A stretch of 64,000 nt of DNA from Adineta vaga (lineage: Eukaryota; Animalia; Rotifera), in assembly GCA_021613535.1 (NCBI GenBank), contig CP075497.1, positions 4,588,001 through 4,652,000 of the forward strand. The letters run 5' to 3'. The translations under genes and the position numbers were made by a program. Position 1 is the stretch's first letter. Every line of letters starts with the position of its first letter. Below the pieces are notes generated by a model. It was given only the letters and a program-made list of their open reading frames with translations, was not told the DNA's origin and made no database searches. This document shows, piece by piece, positions 39,101 through 51,077 of this stretch.

Positions 39101-42100
39101 TTGATTGCTTTCAATGAACAAAAAATTCGAAAAAAAAAGATTATTTGAATTTCATATTTCCTACTATTGACCTATTCTTTCTAGTTGGGTCCATATCGTA
39201 AACAAAATTATCATTCAATTGATTTGGATATGGTAGAAATTCCTGAAAATCTCATGCGTTTTGTTCATGTAAGTTTACTTGAATTTAGTTAAGCAATGGC
39301 ATCTAATTCAAATTTTGATTTCTTTAGCCATTACCATATAGTAAAATTCAAGCGGTAATATCAATGGAATCATTATGATCATTATTATTATTTTAATTTA
39401 TCGATTGTTTTTAGATTCGAAAAGAAATGATTCAATGTGTTGAAAATCAAACAAAAGCTCGAGTTAAAAAACATCTAGATGATATGGTAAATTTCAGAGT
39501 TAATTTAAAAATGAATAAATCTTATTTCTATCGAATATTATAGAGACGAGCGGAAGAAGTTGAACAAAACTATTATTATGCTACATTAGGTGATAAAGAA
39601 TCCAATCCATTCAAGTATATATCTATATCTAACCTCAGAGAGAAAATATTGACTGAATAAATCGTTTTTTGCTTACTTAGTTTGGGTATTGTTGTTCGTT
39701 TTCCATATGGTGAATATGATACTCGAACAACAGTTCCTGCAACTGAAAAAGTTCAAATAGGTATTTTTGTTTTTGAATGTTATCATTTGAAATGCATTCT
39801 TCTCGATTGTGTTTAGCTCTTCGTTTTATTCGTCAACGAAATGTTCGTATTTCTGATTGGATCTATTGCAATTCGACAGCAGAAGATGATATTGGCGATA
39901 CTGAAGAATCATTTCGTGGTTATCTAAAAGAAAAAATCGATATGGAAAAGATTCCTTCATGTTCGTCAAATTCTTTCTTCGTTCGATTTCATTCTATTTT
40001 CAATCTATGTTCAGGTCCATATGAAGCTAGTCAACAATTAATTTATATGATGATTGAAGAATTATATATCATGAGTAAATTTGAAAATTGGACAAAGACT
40101 GGTATTACTGGTTCTGAACATCCTACACCATTGAATAAAGCTGCTCATGAACAATTCAAAGAATATCAACATGAAAATCATTTACATTGGATATTCTTAG
40201 GAACACGATCTGGTATAACTGCATATTGGAAATTATATGATTTAGCAAATGAAGATCATATGCGGTATGTTAAGATTTAATTTCGAAGATAAATACGAGA
40301 AGATTTGTTTTTTTTTTAGACAATTCAGTGATGCGAATCCGAATTCAATCGAAGCAAGTTATTATGAAAGAACAATTAACGCTACTTATGTATATGGAGC
40401 TGATCATGTTGATGGTGAACATCATGTTTATTCACTTTTCTATGGAGTATCAAGTGTTCCTTCATCAAATACACGTATGTACTAGTATTTGATTCTGTTT
40501 TTTTTCTTGTTTTTACACAAAATCTTTCTTTGAAAACAAAATAACGACAAATGTTCATTTCCTGCTTAGAAATGAAGAATGATAATCATACTGATTCGAC
40601 AGGTATTGATTCTATATATAGTAGATCTTTATTCTAGTTGTTGTATTTAGTTCTTTTTTTTGGTGGAACAGAAAAAAAAACTATCAATTTGAAATTTTCT
40701 TGAGAATAAATCTGAATGATTTGTCTTTTTAATAGAAGCAACTACTGGTCAAACAACAACAACATCAACAGGAGCATCACTTACAACACAAATGTATTTG
40801 GTTATTACAACAGCGATATGGATGAATAAAACATCGAGTAAATCAAAAACGAGAACGTCCCAAAATGCACAGAATGTTCCATTTGGAGTTTTTGGAGTTA
40901 TGTTGCCATATAAAACTGTTCGATCGACACATTTTTCTAATCTTTGTGTAAGATTTGTATTGAAAATGATTGAAAATTTTAGCTCAGATATTTCTAGGCA
41001 AAAATGGATTCGGGTATTTGTTATATTATTGATGAAAATGGTTATATTATGTTTATTAGTCAACCAGAAGGAACAGATAGAACGGTAACGAATTGGATTA
41101 TGAATAGATTCTTTTTTATGGAAGAATTTTTTTTTCTTTTTTCAGGAAGATATCGGAAAGTTTCTTGGTGAATTTGAAGGTGCACTTATGCAAGATTTAG
41201 TGGCAAAGAAGATCTTTTCTGAGTAAGTTCTTTTGTTAAGAACGGAAAATACGATTGCTTATTTAGTTTTTGTTTGCATTGAAAAGAAGATTTTCATTTT
41301 TCTACTTTTTTAATAGAATAAAGATGGTTGATTTTCAAGGTGTTTGTTTAAAACGTGCAATACGACATGAACGAAGTGCCGGTGGTCTCTTTCGTGGTGT
41401 ATGTCAAATACTTACACTATTCATTAATCTTTCATCATATTTATTTCTTCTTAGATTCTCCAAACAATTTCTATGACGATATGGAATCTTATTAACCATA
41501 TTGCAATGTAATGCATCTTCTTCTTTGTATTTTTTGTTTCTAATCGATCATTTTCTTATTAAGAATTCTCGTTCGTGATATAATCTATTGGCCACAATGG
41601 ACTTATGCAGCCAAAAAACCAAATGTTGCTAATCAAAATGCGACAGTTCCTAAACGAGTACCTGAAACTCATACGTTGGAAAGTCTTAGTAATATTCTCT
41701 TAACCCATATTGATTTTCGTCGTCCAGTATTAGATTATAAACAAACAAATATGAGCAAAGAGGATGATACTTTAGAAAGAACACCTGTTTCATGTATTGA
41801 AGAGTTTAACTTGTATCTTTCAACATGGAAAGGTTGGCAAGGTCCATTACCTTCAAAAGATAATCAAGCTGCATGGGAACAAGTTGAACGTGAAAATTCA
41901 CTTCAAAATACGATTAGTTGTACACATATAGCGAAAGAAACTCCAGAAATCGTCGATGATTTTTATGGAAATACTTCGAATGGAACAAATTTTTCAACAA
42001 CAATTCCAACGCCACCACCACCACCGATTGCTGAATCTTTCAGGTATAAAAAAACAAAAGAAAATCTTTAAACATTAATTTCTGCTTTTTTATTCATAGT

Positions 42101-42406
42101 TATATTATATCAAAGATTCCAAAAAGTAATTTAATGATGATTTATGTCAATCATTCAAGAGAAACATCACAATTATGTGAGAAATTAATTATTAAACGTA
42201 AACCAGTTAAATTCACTCAAGAAGATCTGTGTACACGATTGAAAACAACACCATATCGTGAGCGACCACATAAATGTTTCTTTGTTCATGATGATGAAAG
42301 AAAACTATTTCAAAAATGTTCAAATGCAATTCGATGGACTAATTCTTCATTGTTTAGTTACATAATTTTGATTATTATTTTGTCGTATTATCATCTAAAA
42401 ACGTAA
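36144..42406 (+). CDS. Voltage-gated calcium channel alpha2delta subunit (CACNA2D family), multi-exon
   Basis: Signal peptide; HSTVHVPTNY; NYNQDPELTWQYFCSQTG; WYIRATSSPRDVIILIDASGSMTG (MIDAS intact); CNKMIMIVTDG; GVHGYSFMINHNGYLMFHPDLRP; CYIIDENGY; C-terminal YRERPHKCF...CSNA plus hydrophobic GPI-type tail. Confidence 0.93.
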
Positions 42407-43149
42407 TAGAAAGGAATATTTGACGCTGGTTGCCCGGTGTGTATGCATATGCTTCTTTGTGTGTGCGTGTTTGTTTGTTGTTTTTTTTGATTGATTTCAA
42501 CTTAAGAATATAGATGTTCTGTACAAATTGTGGTTCCCTATTTGTTTTTGTTTTTTTTAAAGATATTTCCTCTTTTGATAGAATGCTCGTAATCAATAAA
42601 ATATTTTAATTAAGAAAAACAATTCTCCTTCTTTCCTCTTTCGTACTTTTACTACGATCAATAATCTTTTCTTTTCATTGATGGATTTGTTTTAATACTA
42701 AACTAGTTGTATCTTTGTATTTTATTGCCACATCAGGCAGATGAAAAGTTACATTCGGAGAATAGATGAACGAGGAGAAGAAAGAAAGAAAGATAGGAAT
42801 TGAACTAAGCGAAGCACAAAAGCTAGTGAGAAACTTCTTTTTTAATCATTCACATTAAATAAAGAAAAGATATTAGATATCCATTATATGTATGTTTGAT
42901 GATGTAATATTTTGTTTTTAAAAAATGATAGAGAAATAGACGAAGAAGAAGAAGAACATCGACCAGATAATAACAAAAAGAAGGATAAGAATAATAGCAG
43001 AAGAAATGGTTTTCTCGTGTGTAGATTTTAGTTTTGTTTATATCGCATGTCTTATACGGTGATCAAAATACAATAAAAAAAGAAGCGAAAAAAAAATGAA
43101 AAAAAAGAACATGGTGGAATTAAGAATGTCTATGAGTGGAAATAGATTT

Positions 43150-43786
43150 CTATTTAGACTTGACTTTTTCACTAATTATTGCAGCCAAATCAAGATCCGC
43201 CTTGCAAGTTGCTTGAATATGATTACGAATACCTTGAAGCGCATTTTTCAAAGCATCTTTGCTTGATGCACATAACATTTTACGTTTAATTGTTGCCGTA
43301 TCTGGTGCCCTACATATTCGCAAAACAAATTTTTATCAAAACAATCCAGTGAAAATTTTTACCATGCAATGAAATAGATTTCTGAGCGAGCACCTTCATT
43401 GGTTTCATAGAATATATCAATGACTGCATATCGTACATCATTTTCTGGCAATGCATCAAGCATTTCAGCCCATTTTTGATCTAAATAATTCGATTAGAAA
43501 CATGAAAAGAAAGACAAAGTACGAGAGGTTACTTTTTTCAGTTGCAGGTGCATTTTGTGGTACTTTGTTAACACCTTCATTTAATACAACAATTTTTGAT
43601 ATATCATCACTGAAACCAAGTACGAGATAACCAGTGTTTTTTTTAATTTTAAATTCGTGAAATTTTTCAATCACGGAATTATCAACTTTAACACCAGATG
43701 CCTTTGAAAGAAAAATGAAAAGCAATGATTAAAATTAATTTAAGAAAAAAAACAAAGAAAATATCCATTTTCTTATTTCTTACCAT
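43150..43786 (-). CDS. Cofilin / actin-depolymerizing factor (ATG-only first coding exon)
   Basis: M|ASGVKVDNSVIEKFHEFKIKK...LPENDVRYAVIDIFYETNEGARSEIYFIAW|APDTATIKRKMLCASSKDALKNALQGI...QAT. Confidence 0.93.
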
Positions 43787-45093
43787 TTTGATATGTTCAC
43801 AAAGATAAAATAGGTTTGTCTATGATGGTCGACGAAGAAAATGAATCTGCAAGAGATGATGATTTTATTAGTTCGGATCGTCTCTACTTCTTTCTTCTCT
43901 TTTCTGTCGATGTTTTTCTTTCAGAATATCTAGAGAATGCGTCATTGTTTGTTGAAATGAATCATCACGGGGGTGATCATAGCCAAGCATGTATTCATTC
44001 TTTCTCTCTCTCTCTCTCTTTCTCTCTTATGTTTTAGTAAAGTCATTCTCATCAAGAATAGGCCGTGATCCATGTATTTTCTTCTTATTCAAATAGACAT
44101 TTATGTCCAACCAAGGAAAGTTCTTAGAAATTAATAGGATCACTTACTGATCCAGACATGTTTGACGATAATATTGACTAACTGTAAAGAGAGGGAAAAA
44201 AATGTTGCTGTTGAAAACTACGGAGAATAACGAATGGATGTTGGTCACGAAGATCAAAAATAAACAAAAAAAAATACTGATGAGATAAGGCAACAACCAC
44301 GAAAGCACGAAAAAGAAAATGCGAAGGAATAAAGAGTAAAGACTTGACACAATCTGCCTATTTCTCTACCCACTTGTTGTTTGTTGAATTACAGGGCAGA
44401 TAGCAAGTAGAGGAAAAAGACTCGAGAGAGCAAGTATATTACTCATGATTTTTCTTTTTTTTTGTTCTTTCGGTTTTTTTTCATTTAATTTTCGATGTAA
44501 GCGAGAAGACCAGGCCAGTTGATATAATGACCAAATAAGGAGATATGTGAATCAGACGGGAGAGAGAGAGAGAAAAAGAAACGAACGAATAAAACGACAA
44601 CAACAGATGTTAGTTTAGTAATTTAACTTATTCAGTATGACGATTTATAGAAGTGAGACATATCATGAAATTAAATGAGAAATATATCCTAAAAAAAAAT
44701 TTTTTTTAAACTTAATTATTCATTCATGATTATAGTCAATTGAAGGAGACAAAAATTTTATTTCACAGTTTGTGCAGCAATTGGTCTGAAATGAACCATT
44801 CAGATGAGGGTTAGTCATTAGAAAAAGAAAAAGAAAGATTTAATATCCATGAACATGAACTTAAATTAGTTGAAAGAGGTCTTGATCAACTAATAAAGGG
44901 ACCTTTTATAAGATAATGAAAAGATTGGTTGCAAAGACGTTTTATTATTTTCTCTCTCTCTTTCTCATACTTGTTGAATTTAAGAAAATCTATTGTCATT
45001 TAAATGATTTTAGAATTCATAGACTATGCTCATAAAATGCATGATTTGAGAACATACATAAATCACTACTTGATTATCTGAAGACTCTGAATG

Positions 45094-45222
45094 TATGTGG
45101 GTAGTTCCACGGGTAGTCTACCACAAAATGTTGGCTATGATATATAAAACCTAATATGCAAAAGAAAAATTTGGAGATCTTGTGTTTTTGTGGTTGAGTA
45201 CCCATGGGATGACCCTAACATA
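45094..45222. mobile_element. MITE-like element with imperfect ~35-bp terminal inverted repeats
   Basis: Left end tatgtgggtagttccacgggtagtctaccacaaaa; reverse complement of right end tatgttagggtcatcccatgggtactcaaccacaaaa. The right end recurs at ~48082-48137. Confidence 0.6.
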
Positions 45223-45279
45223 TTGATTTGTTTCTCGAAATTTTCAGCATTCTTTCATAAATGCTATTTGTTTATTTTA

Positions 45280-46345
45280 ATGGAAAAGAATATTCCTTCA
45301 TCATCACGTTCAAAAACAGCACTATTATATATCGCTGCACTTCGTCGTCAATTAGATGCAATTGAACGTATTGAAAAAGGAATACTCATGAAGTTAATCG
45401 TTTAAATCAAATAAAAAAAGAAAGTGTAATTAGTTTATCAACAATGTCACAACAAACAACGTGATGTACAAAAATATAAAGAACATCTTGTGGAACGAAC
45501 AAAAGAAATTCATGGTAGCATGTAAAAATATACTGATGAAATTAAATTATTAAAATTACGTTTTTCACATTAAAATATTCGTTTAACATTTGTTGGTTAT
45601 CGTGATGTTGATTTACGTCCAGAAAAACAATTTAGTATTTTAGATTTTACTAATGAAGAAAAGTTTCATTCGTTTTTTGCAACTGTTAAATGTGAACAAG
45701 GTGGTGATGCTCGTGAAGATGCTTGGTGGTTTAGAAAAACTCAGTGGACTTAGTTGGAAACAATCATTAAGAGTTTTAATGCATATTGCTGATTATCCAT
45801 CACATGGACGACGTTATCATAATTTAGCGGAGGTTCGTGATGATTATATTCAAAATGATAATGATAGACTCATTTGATCTCATCATATTCAGAAATTAAT
45901 TGATTTATAAATCAAATATTTCTTTGGTCGTTTAACACAATATACAGATAAAATGAAACGATTAATAAAAATCATTGATTTCTATTAAGATATATGATCA
46001 GTTGTGAAGTTCATAGCAGAAGGAGAAAAGGTATTTGCAGAAATAATTGTCATTTAATTAATCATTTTTTAATCAAATAGAATCAGCATTGAATATTGAT
46101 TGATATTTATAGACAGATCATAAAAATATAGATCTGTAATGTAATGAAAATTTCTTATTTCTATTTTAGATACTTATTCATTTTCATATTATGCCTGCTT
46201 TAACAAAATCTGACGGTCGTAATCGAGATAATAATGAAAGGTTGCATCTATTGTTCTTTTATTCAATAATCATTATAACATGTATTAATTTAGATCAACA
46301 GAATTAAATCGTCTTGCTTCAACAAATAATAATTATCGATTTTGA
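45280..46345 (+). pseudogene. Decayed vWA-domain gene (alpha-kinase vwkA-type vWA)
   Basis: FVGYRDVDLRPEKQFSILDF...CEQGGDARED / frameshift / GGLEKLSGLSWKQSLRVLMHIADYPSHGRRYH, with in-frame stops and truncations on both sides. Confidence 0.7.
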
Positions 46346-46422
46346 AAAATAAGATATGATAATCATTTAGAAACCTTGAAATACTGTTCAAAAGCAACAA
46401 CATGAAGGGTGTTGGACGGCAA

Positions 46423-46543
46423 AGAGCGAAGTGTGGAGGTTGAATAGTTTAAAACTCGAAGCTTCGACTTCTACATATATAAGTTTAGAAGTCGAAGAAG
46501 AAGTTTAATACTCGAATCGAGTTAACGATTTCTGCACTACTCT
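46423..46543. repeat. Small palindromic (MITE-like) segment
   Basis: Perfect 12-bp stem cttcgacttcta (46462-46473) / tagaagtcgaag (46486-46497), repeated actcgaa, and weakly complementary ends. Confidence 0.4.
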
Positions 46544-47914
46544 TTAATTGTTTATTTGTTGGTATCTTCTTTTGTTTATTCTTTGATATCTACTCATGAT
46601 CTTATTGATGTTAAAGTACCTCAATAAGAAGAAATAATGATAATAAATAAAATTCGTGTAAACAAACAACAAACTGAGAATTTTTATTTAAATTATGAAT
46701 GATTAAGTGAATAGCTATTTTACTGATCATATATTTTTTACCTCATTGATCTCAGATATATTTTACTTTCCTTTTCAACAACTCATTTTTTCTTCTCGTG
46801 GAAATATTTCAGTAAAAGACTGATGATGTTGACGACACTATTTACATTGCAAGGACTAGACATGAGGAATTTGTAACAGCAAAAAATATGCACGAAACAC
46901 AAATGTTTAACTTAAATAAATGATAAACATCTATCCACTTTAATAATGAAGATTATTTTTTCGTCGTAAGAGAGAGACAAAATCAATACAAATAATTTGT
47001 TCATTTAAAATGACAATCTAAATTAGATAGTTTTTCATTGTTTATCATTTGCATTTTGGCTGAGGATGAGTGTTGGTGTTGATTTGATCTTCGATTTCTC
47101 CTACATTCTCACCCTCACGATTCTTTTCGTATTGGTCTTTTAGATAGTTTATATGCCCTTTTTGACATACATGTATGCGACAGTCAGCCACCACATAACT
47201 ATTTATTTATTCATAAATTCTTTTTCAGTGAATCTTATTTCGGGTACTTGTACATTGATGAATATTTATGTCGAAATATGATCGGCATATAGTTTTATCA
47301 ATATTACTGAAGAAAATTGTTTGAAAACTAGAAGATTTTAGAAAGGAAAATGTTGTTCTTGAGAGTGCGGGTGTATATCTCCTTCTTTCACACCCTCACG
47401 CACATCCGCACCCTGTTTTGATTTGTTGGAGAGATTTGTTTTGTTCATCAGTTCTATTGGTTCGAAGAGTAAACTTAGACAATCAAGGAGTTTGATGTTT
47501 TTCGACAGACAATAGTGAATTCATCTGTGGGACCGAATTGATGAACTCGTCGGATATCTTTGATTCGTCCTAGAAGAAAAGGTTTCTACATAGTATCGAA
47601 ACACTATATTCCTTACCATTTAATTGTTTAAACCGATCAGAAAGTAACGTTTTATTTATGTCCTCGATGGTAGTGTACTCTCGAGATAATAAGCATTGAT
47701 TGGTGGTTCATTGGTATTGTTTGATTTAGCAGCCTATTCATTGATGTTCTTCGTCTAACAGAATGTGATGGTTTCCAGTATGATCGAGTTAGGCCAATAT
47801 GAGACGGACGAGGACACCATTCTTTGTTTTGATACGGCATGTCAAGAAATCTTGTAGAACTTACTTTAGCACGACAAGACGTTTTAGTGATAACCACAAA
47901 TAAAATCACTTACC

Positions 47915-48137
47915 CATTCCATAGATTAACTACTGATATATGAATATGAATCAGACGTATTGCGGATCGTCTGTAATACTTTTTACTGACCGCTAGAATC
48001 TGGTCGGTATGCATGGCGCCATGTTTACTGTATTGTATATTCTTACACAAATGAATGTTTCATATCATGTTCAATTAGAGAAGAAAAAATTTGGAGATCT
48101 TGTGTTTTTTGTGGTTGACTATCTATGGAATGACTCA
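47915..48137. mobile_element. Second, longer copy of the MITE-like family
   Basis: cattccatagat (47915-47926) is the reverse complement of atctatggaatg (48121-48132). aaaaatttggagatcttgtgttttt..gtggttga is shared with 45166-45197. Confidence 0.55.
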
Positions 48138-48451
48138 TGTACGTTCGAGTCGTTTATAATATTCTTTAATATTATTTGTGTATAAACTGTTTATCGAAGA
48201 ATTACAATACTCTATTATCGATTTGGTAAAGTATAACGAATGATTTCTGTTGACTTTCAACTCATATTTGCAAAGCTCCACTAAGAATCCTTTCTTCATC
48301 TTCTAGCGGCATCTTTTCAGATTGAGGTAGGAACATCACTATCGATTGGATACGTTGTTAATCAACAATTAGACTTTTATACTGACACTGACACGTTGTC
48401 TGAATGAATTTTCATATTTATTATTTCTAATTCAATTCCTAATTAATAAAA

Positions 48452-49310
48452 ATGGAATCATTACTTAGTCAGACATCTGTTCTAATTCGCGAACTTCAAA
48501 ATGATTTACTTTCTTATGAAAATTCACAAGATCGTACAAACGATTCATCCCATATTGAGCTCATTACGAATAAAATTCAACGTCTATTAGAAATATGTGA
48601 TCGACTTGATATACATGTGAATAAAGAACCAGCACAGCGACGAGCACAATCAAGACAACGTGTGAATGAAATTAAATACGATATTAGACACTATAAAGTA
48701 TGTAAAACTTCACAATGTTATTACAAACATCTGATTATATTTCTAAAGAATTTGCGATACAACGGAGTTTTCGTGATATAAATCGAAATCTTCAGTAGTA
48801 CGATTGAAATTCTAGTTGATTCTCCTTTCATTGCATAGTTCATCAATGAAATATCATTCAGTTATATATTATTCGATTAATTTTAAATTTCTCTTTGATT
48901 AGAGTGCATTCGATGGTATAACTAGTAAAAAACAACGACGAGATGAAGCTGAACGACAGAGAGAGTTATTACTTAATCATAAATTTACATCATCAAATAA
49001 CTCTTCCAATGGTGAAACACATATAAATATTGATCATTCATTAGAATATTCTCAACGACTTGATTCCGTACATGGCCATGTTGATGGCTATCTAGAACAA
49101 GCACGTTTAACACTCAGTAATCTTCAATTACAAGGATCTACTCTGAAAAATATTCATAAAAAAATGATATCTATGGCAAATCTCTTAGGTTTATCGTCGA
49201 CTGTTATACATTCTATTGAACGACGTTCAGCAAGTGATTGGTGGCTTTTATTCGGTGGAATGATTGTAACTCTTATTTTGATGTTCATTCTTTATAAATG
49301 GCTTGTTTAG
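48452..49310 (+). CDS. GOSR2: Golgi SNAP receptor complex member 2 / membrin (exons 48452-48697, 48903-49310)
   Basis: CDRLDIHVNKEPAQRRAQSRQRVNEIKYDIRH...ERQRELLL...MANLLGLSSTVIHSIERRSASDWWLLFGGMIVTLILMFILYKWLV*. Confidence 0.92.
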
Positions 49311-49666
49311 AAAAGAATTCTTTCATTTTAAATATATCAAACATAGTTATATCGTTTCTTTTCTTTTTCTTTTCTTTTGTCGATTCTTTAGAATATTTTC
49401 TTAGGGCGATGACGACAGCAACAATTCAATTATAAGTAGAACAGAATGAAAAAAAAGCAACAAAAGAAAAAGAAATAGAAACAAATTTTTTCTTTAACAA
49501 CATGAATTGACATCCACCGCAACAGTTGTTGTGTGTCGCATGTTATTTTGTTTGTCGTCGTTGTTATGGAATGACAATCAAATTTAAAGGTACGAATGTG
49601 AGCAGAAAAGAAAGATCAAACAACAATCTTCACATTCACAATTGATATACTTTCAAGACAAACATC

Positions 49667-50522
49667 ATGGGTTGTGGAGCAAGTAATGATACATCACGTG
49701 TACAAGAACCAGCATTAAATAAAAAATCTGTTTTACCTCCAATTGATTCACGTCCAAAGAAGAAAGTACCGTCAGCTAAATCAAATGGATCAACTGATAG
49801 TGGAATTGAAGACTCTGAACCTATTGTTAGATGTAAGTTTTATTTCTTTCATTGATCTGTTCAATTCGAAATTATTTAGCAAAACCTCCTGTATCAAGAA
49901 TCCCTGTACCAATTGAAAATTTACACGTTGAACATCATCAAAAATCCCGTTTAGGCCATGGTGAAACATTTGATATAATTGCTGCACCTAAACCAGGAAG
50001 TTTAGCACCATTAAAACATGTTCCTAAATTTCTTCTCACTGAAAAACCAACAACATCTGTAGATTCTGATTTACAAGCGAAACTAGTTGCCAAACAAGAA
50101 CGTGCTTCACGTAAACGTCAAGTATGTAAATAAATATTATTTTAATCTATTACATAATAATTTTGTTTTTGTAGGAAATTGAAGATGCACGTCGTTTAGC
50201 AGCGTCAAGAATAGGTCATCGATCGACAACAAAATCAACCGTACCACCAATAACAACACCAGAACCCTTACCAGCTACAACAACAATGTCATCCTCATCA
50301 TCCAAACGTGATGAACGTCATCAACAATTATCAATGCTTCGTGATAAACTTCGTCAAAATGGAAGTTATAATAGTCTCTATGATTCTGTACATTCACCTC
50401 GTACACCAAGAAATGAATCGGTATCAAGTGGAATGACAGATGTAGCTAATTTAACACCACGTCGAGGTGGTACTTCTATTGGTGCAACAAAACCTTCAAA
50501 CTTCAAACCCGTTTATGACTAG
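49667..50522 (+). CDS. N-acylated stathmin-domain-containing protein 1-like (3 exons)
   Basis: MGCGAS acylation motif, TDSGIED, GETFDII...P...LVAKQERASRKRQ|EIEDARR stathmin-like helix; resembles the STMND1 layout. Confidence 0.55.
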
Positions 50523-51077
50523 TTAATTATCTGATAATTACCTTTTCTTCTTATTCGTTTTGTGTATACGCTCTTTCTTGTTGACATTAATACATAATAA
50601 TTAAACTACCGGTGAAAAATGTCAAATCATGTTTTTTGTTTTTGTTTTTGATAACAATCATCATCTTTTGTAAACACTTTAACATCAAATAGAGATTGTT
50701 TAATTAATTCAAAAAGAATTGACGAATATATTAAAGAAAACAAATATTTAATCTTGATATGTTTAGAAAAAAAAATCCCAAAATGAACATTGAAACGAAA
50801 TCTAATTATTTTATCTTCTTCTTTTCTTTTCATAATAGATGATTTTGATAACTAATATTTCGATTTAATAACAAAATTTCGCATCTCAAATTACGTTCTG
50901 CTATTTTATATTGAATTACCTTCGATATATACAAAAGAATTTACTAACGATTCCATTGGTAGCACACACAAGCATTTGTTGCAATCAAATGGCAGATCGT
51001 TTGAAATCCAAGACAAACTTTGCTATTTTTTTTAATAAGAAAAAACGAAAGAAAGAAAGACGTATTTTCATTTGTAG

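Noticed and set aside
44531-44540. CArG box CCAAATAAGG upstream of cofilin
   Set aside because: Biologically plausible SRF site, but a single such 10-mer is expected by chance in AT-rich DNA of this length.
47520-47909. 85-aa minus-strand ORF in a GC-richer patch
   Set aside because: No recognisable domain; probably decayed coding or TE sequence that I cannot assign.
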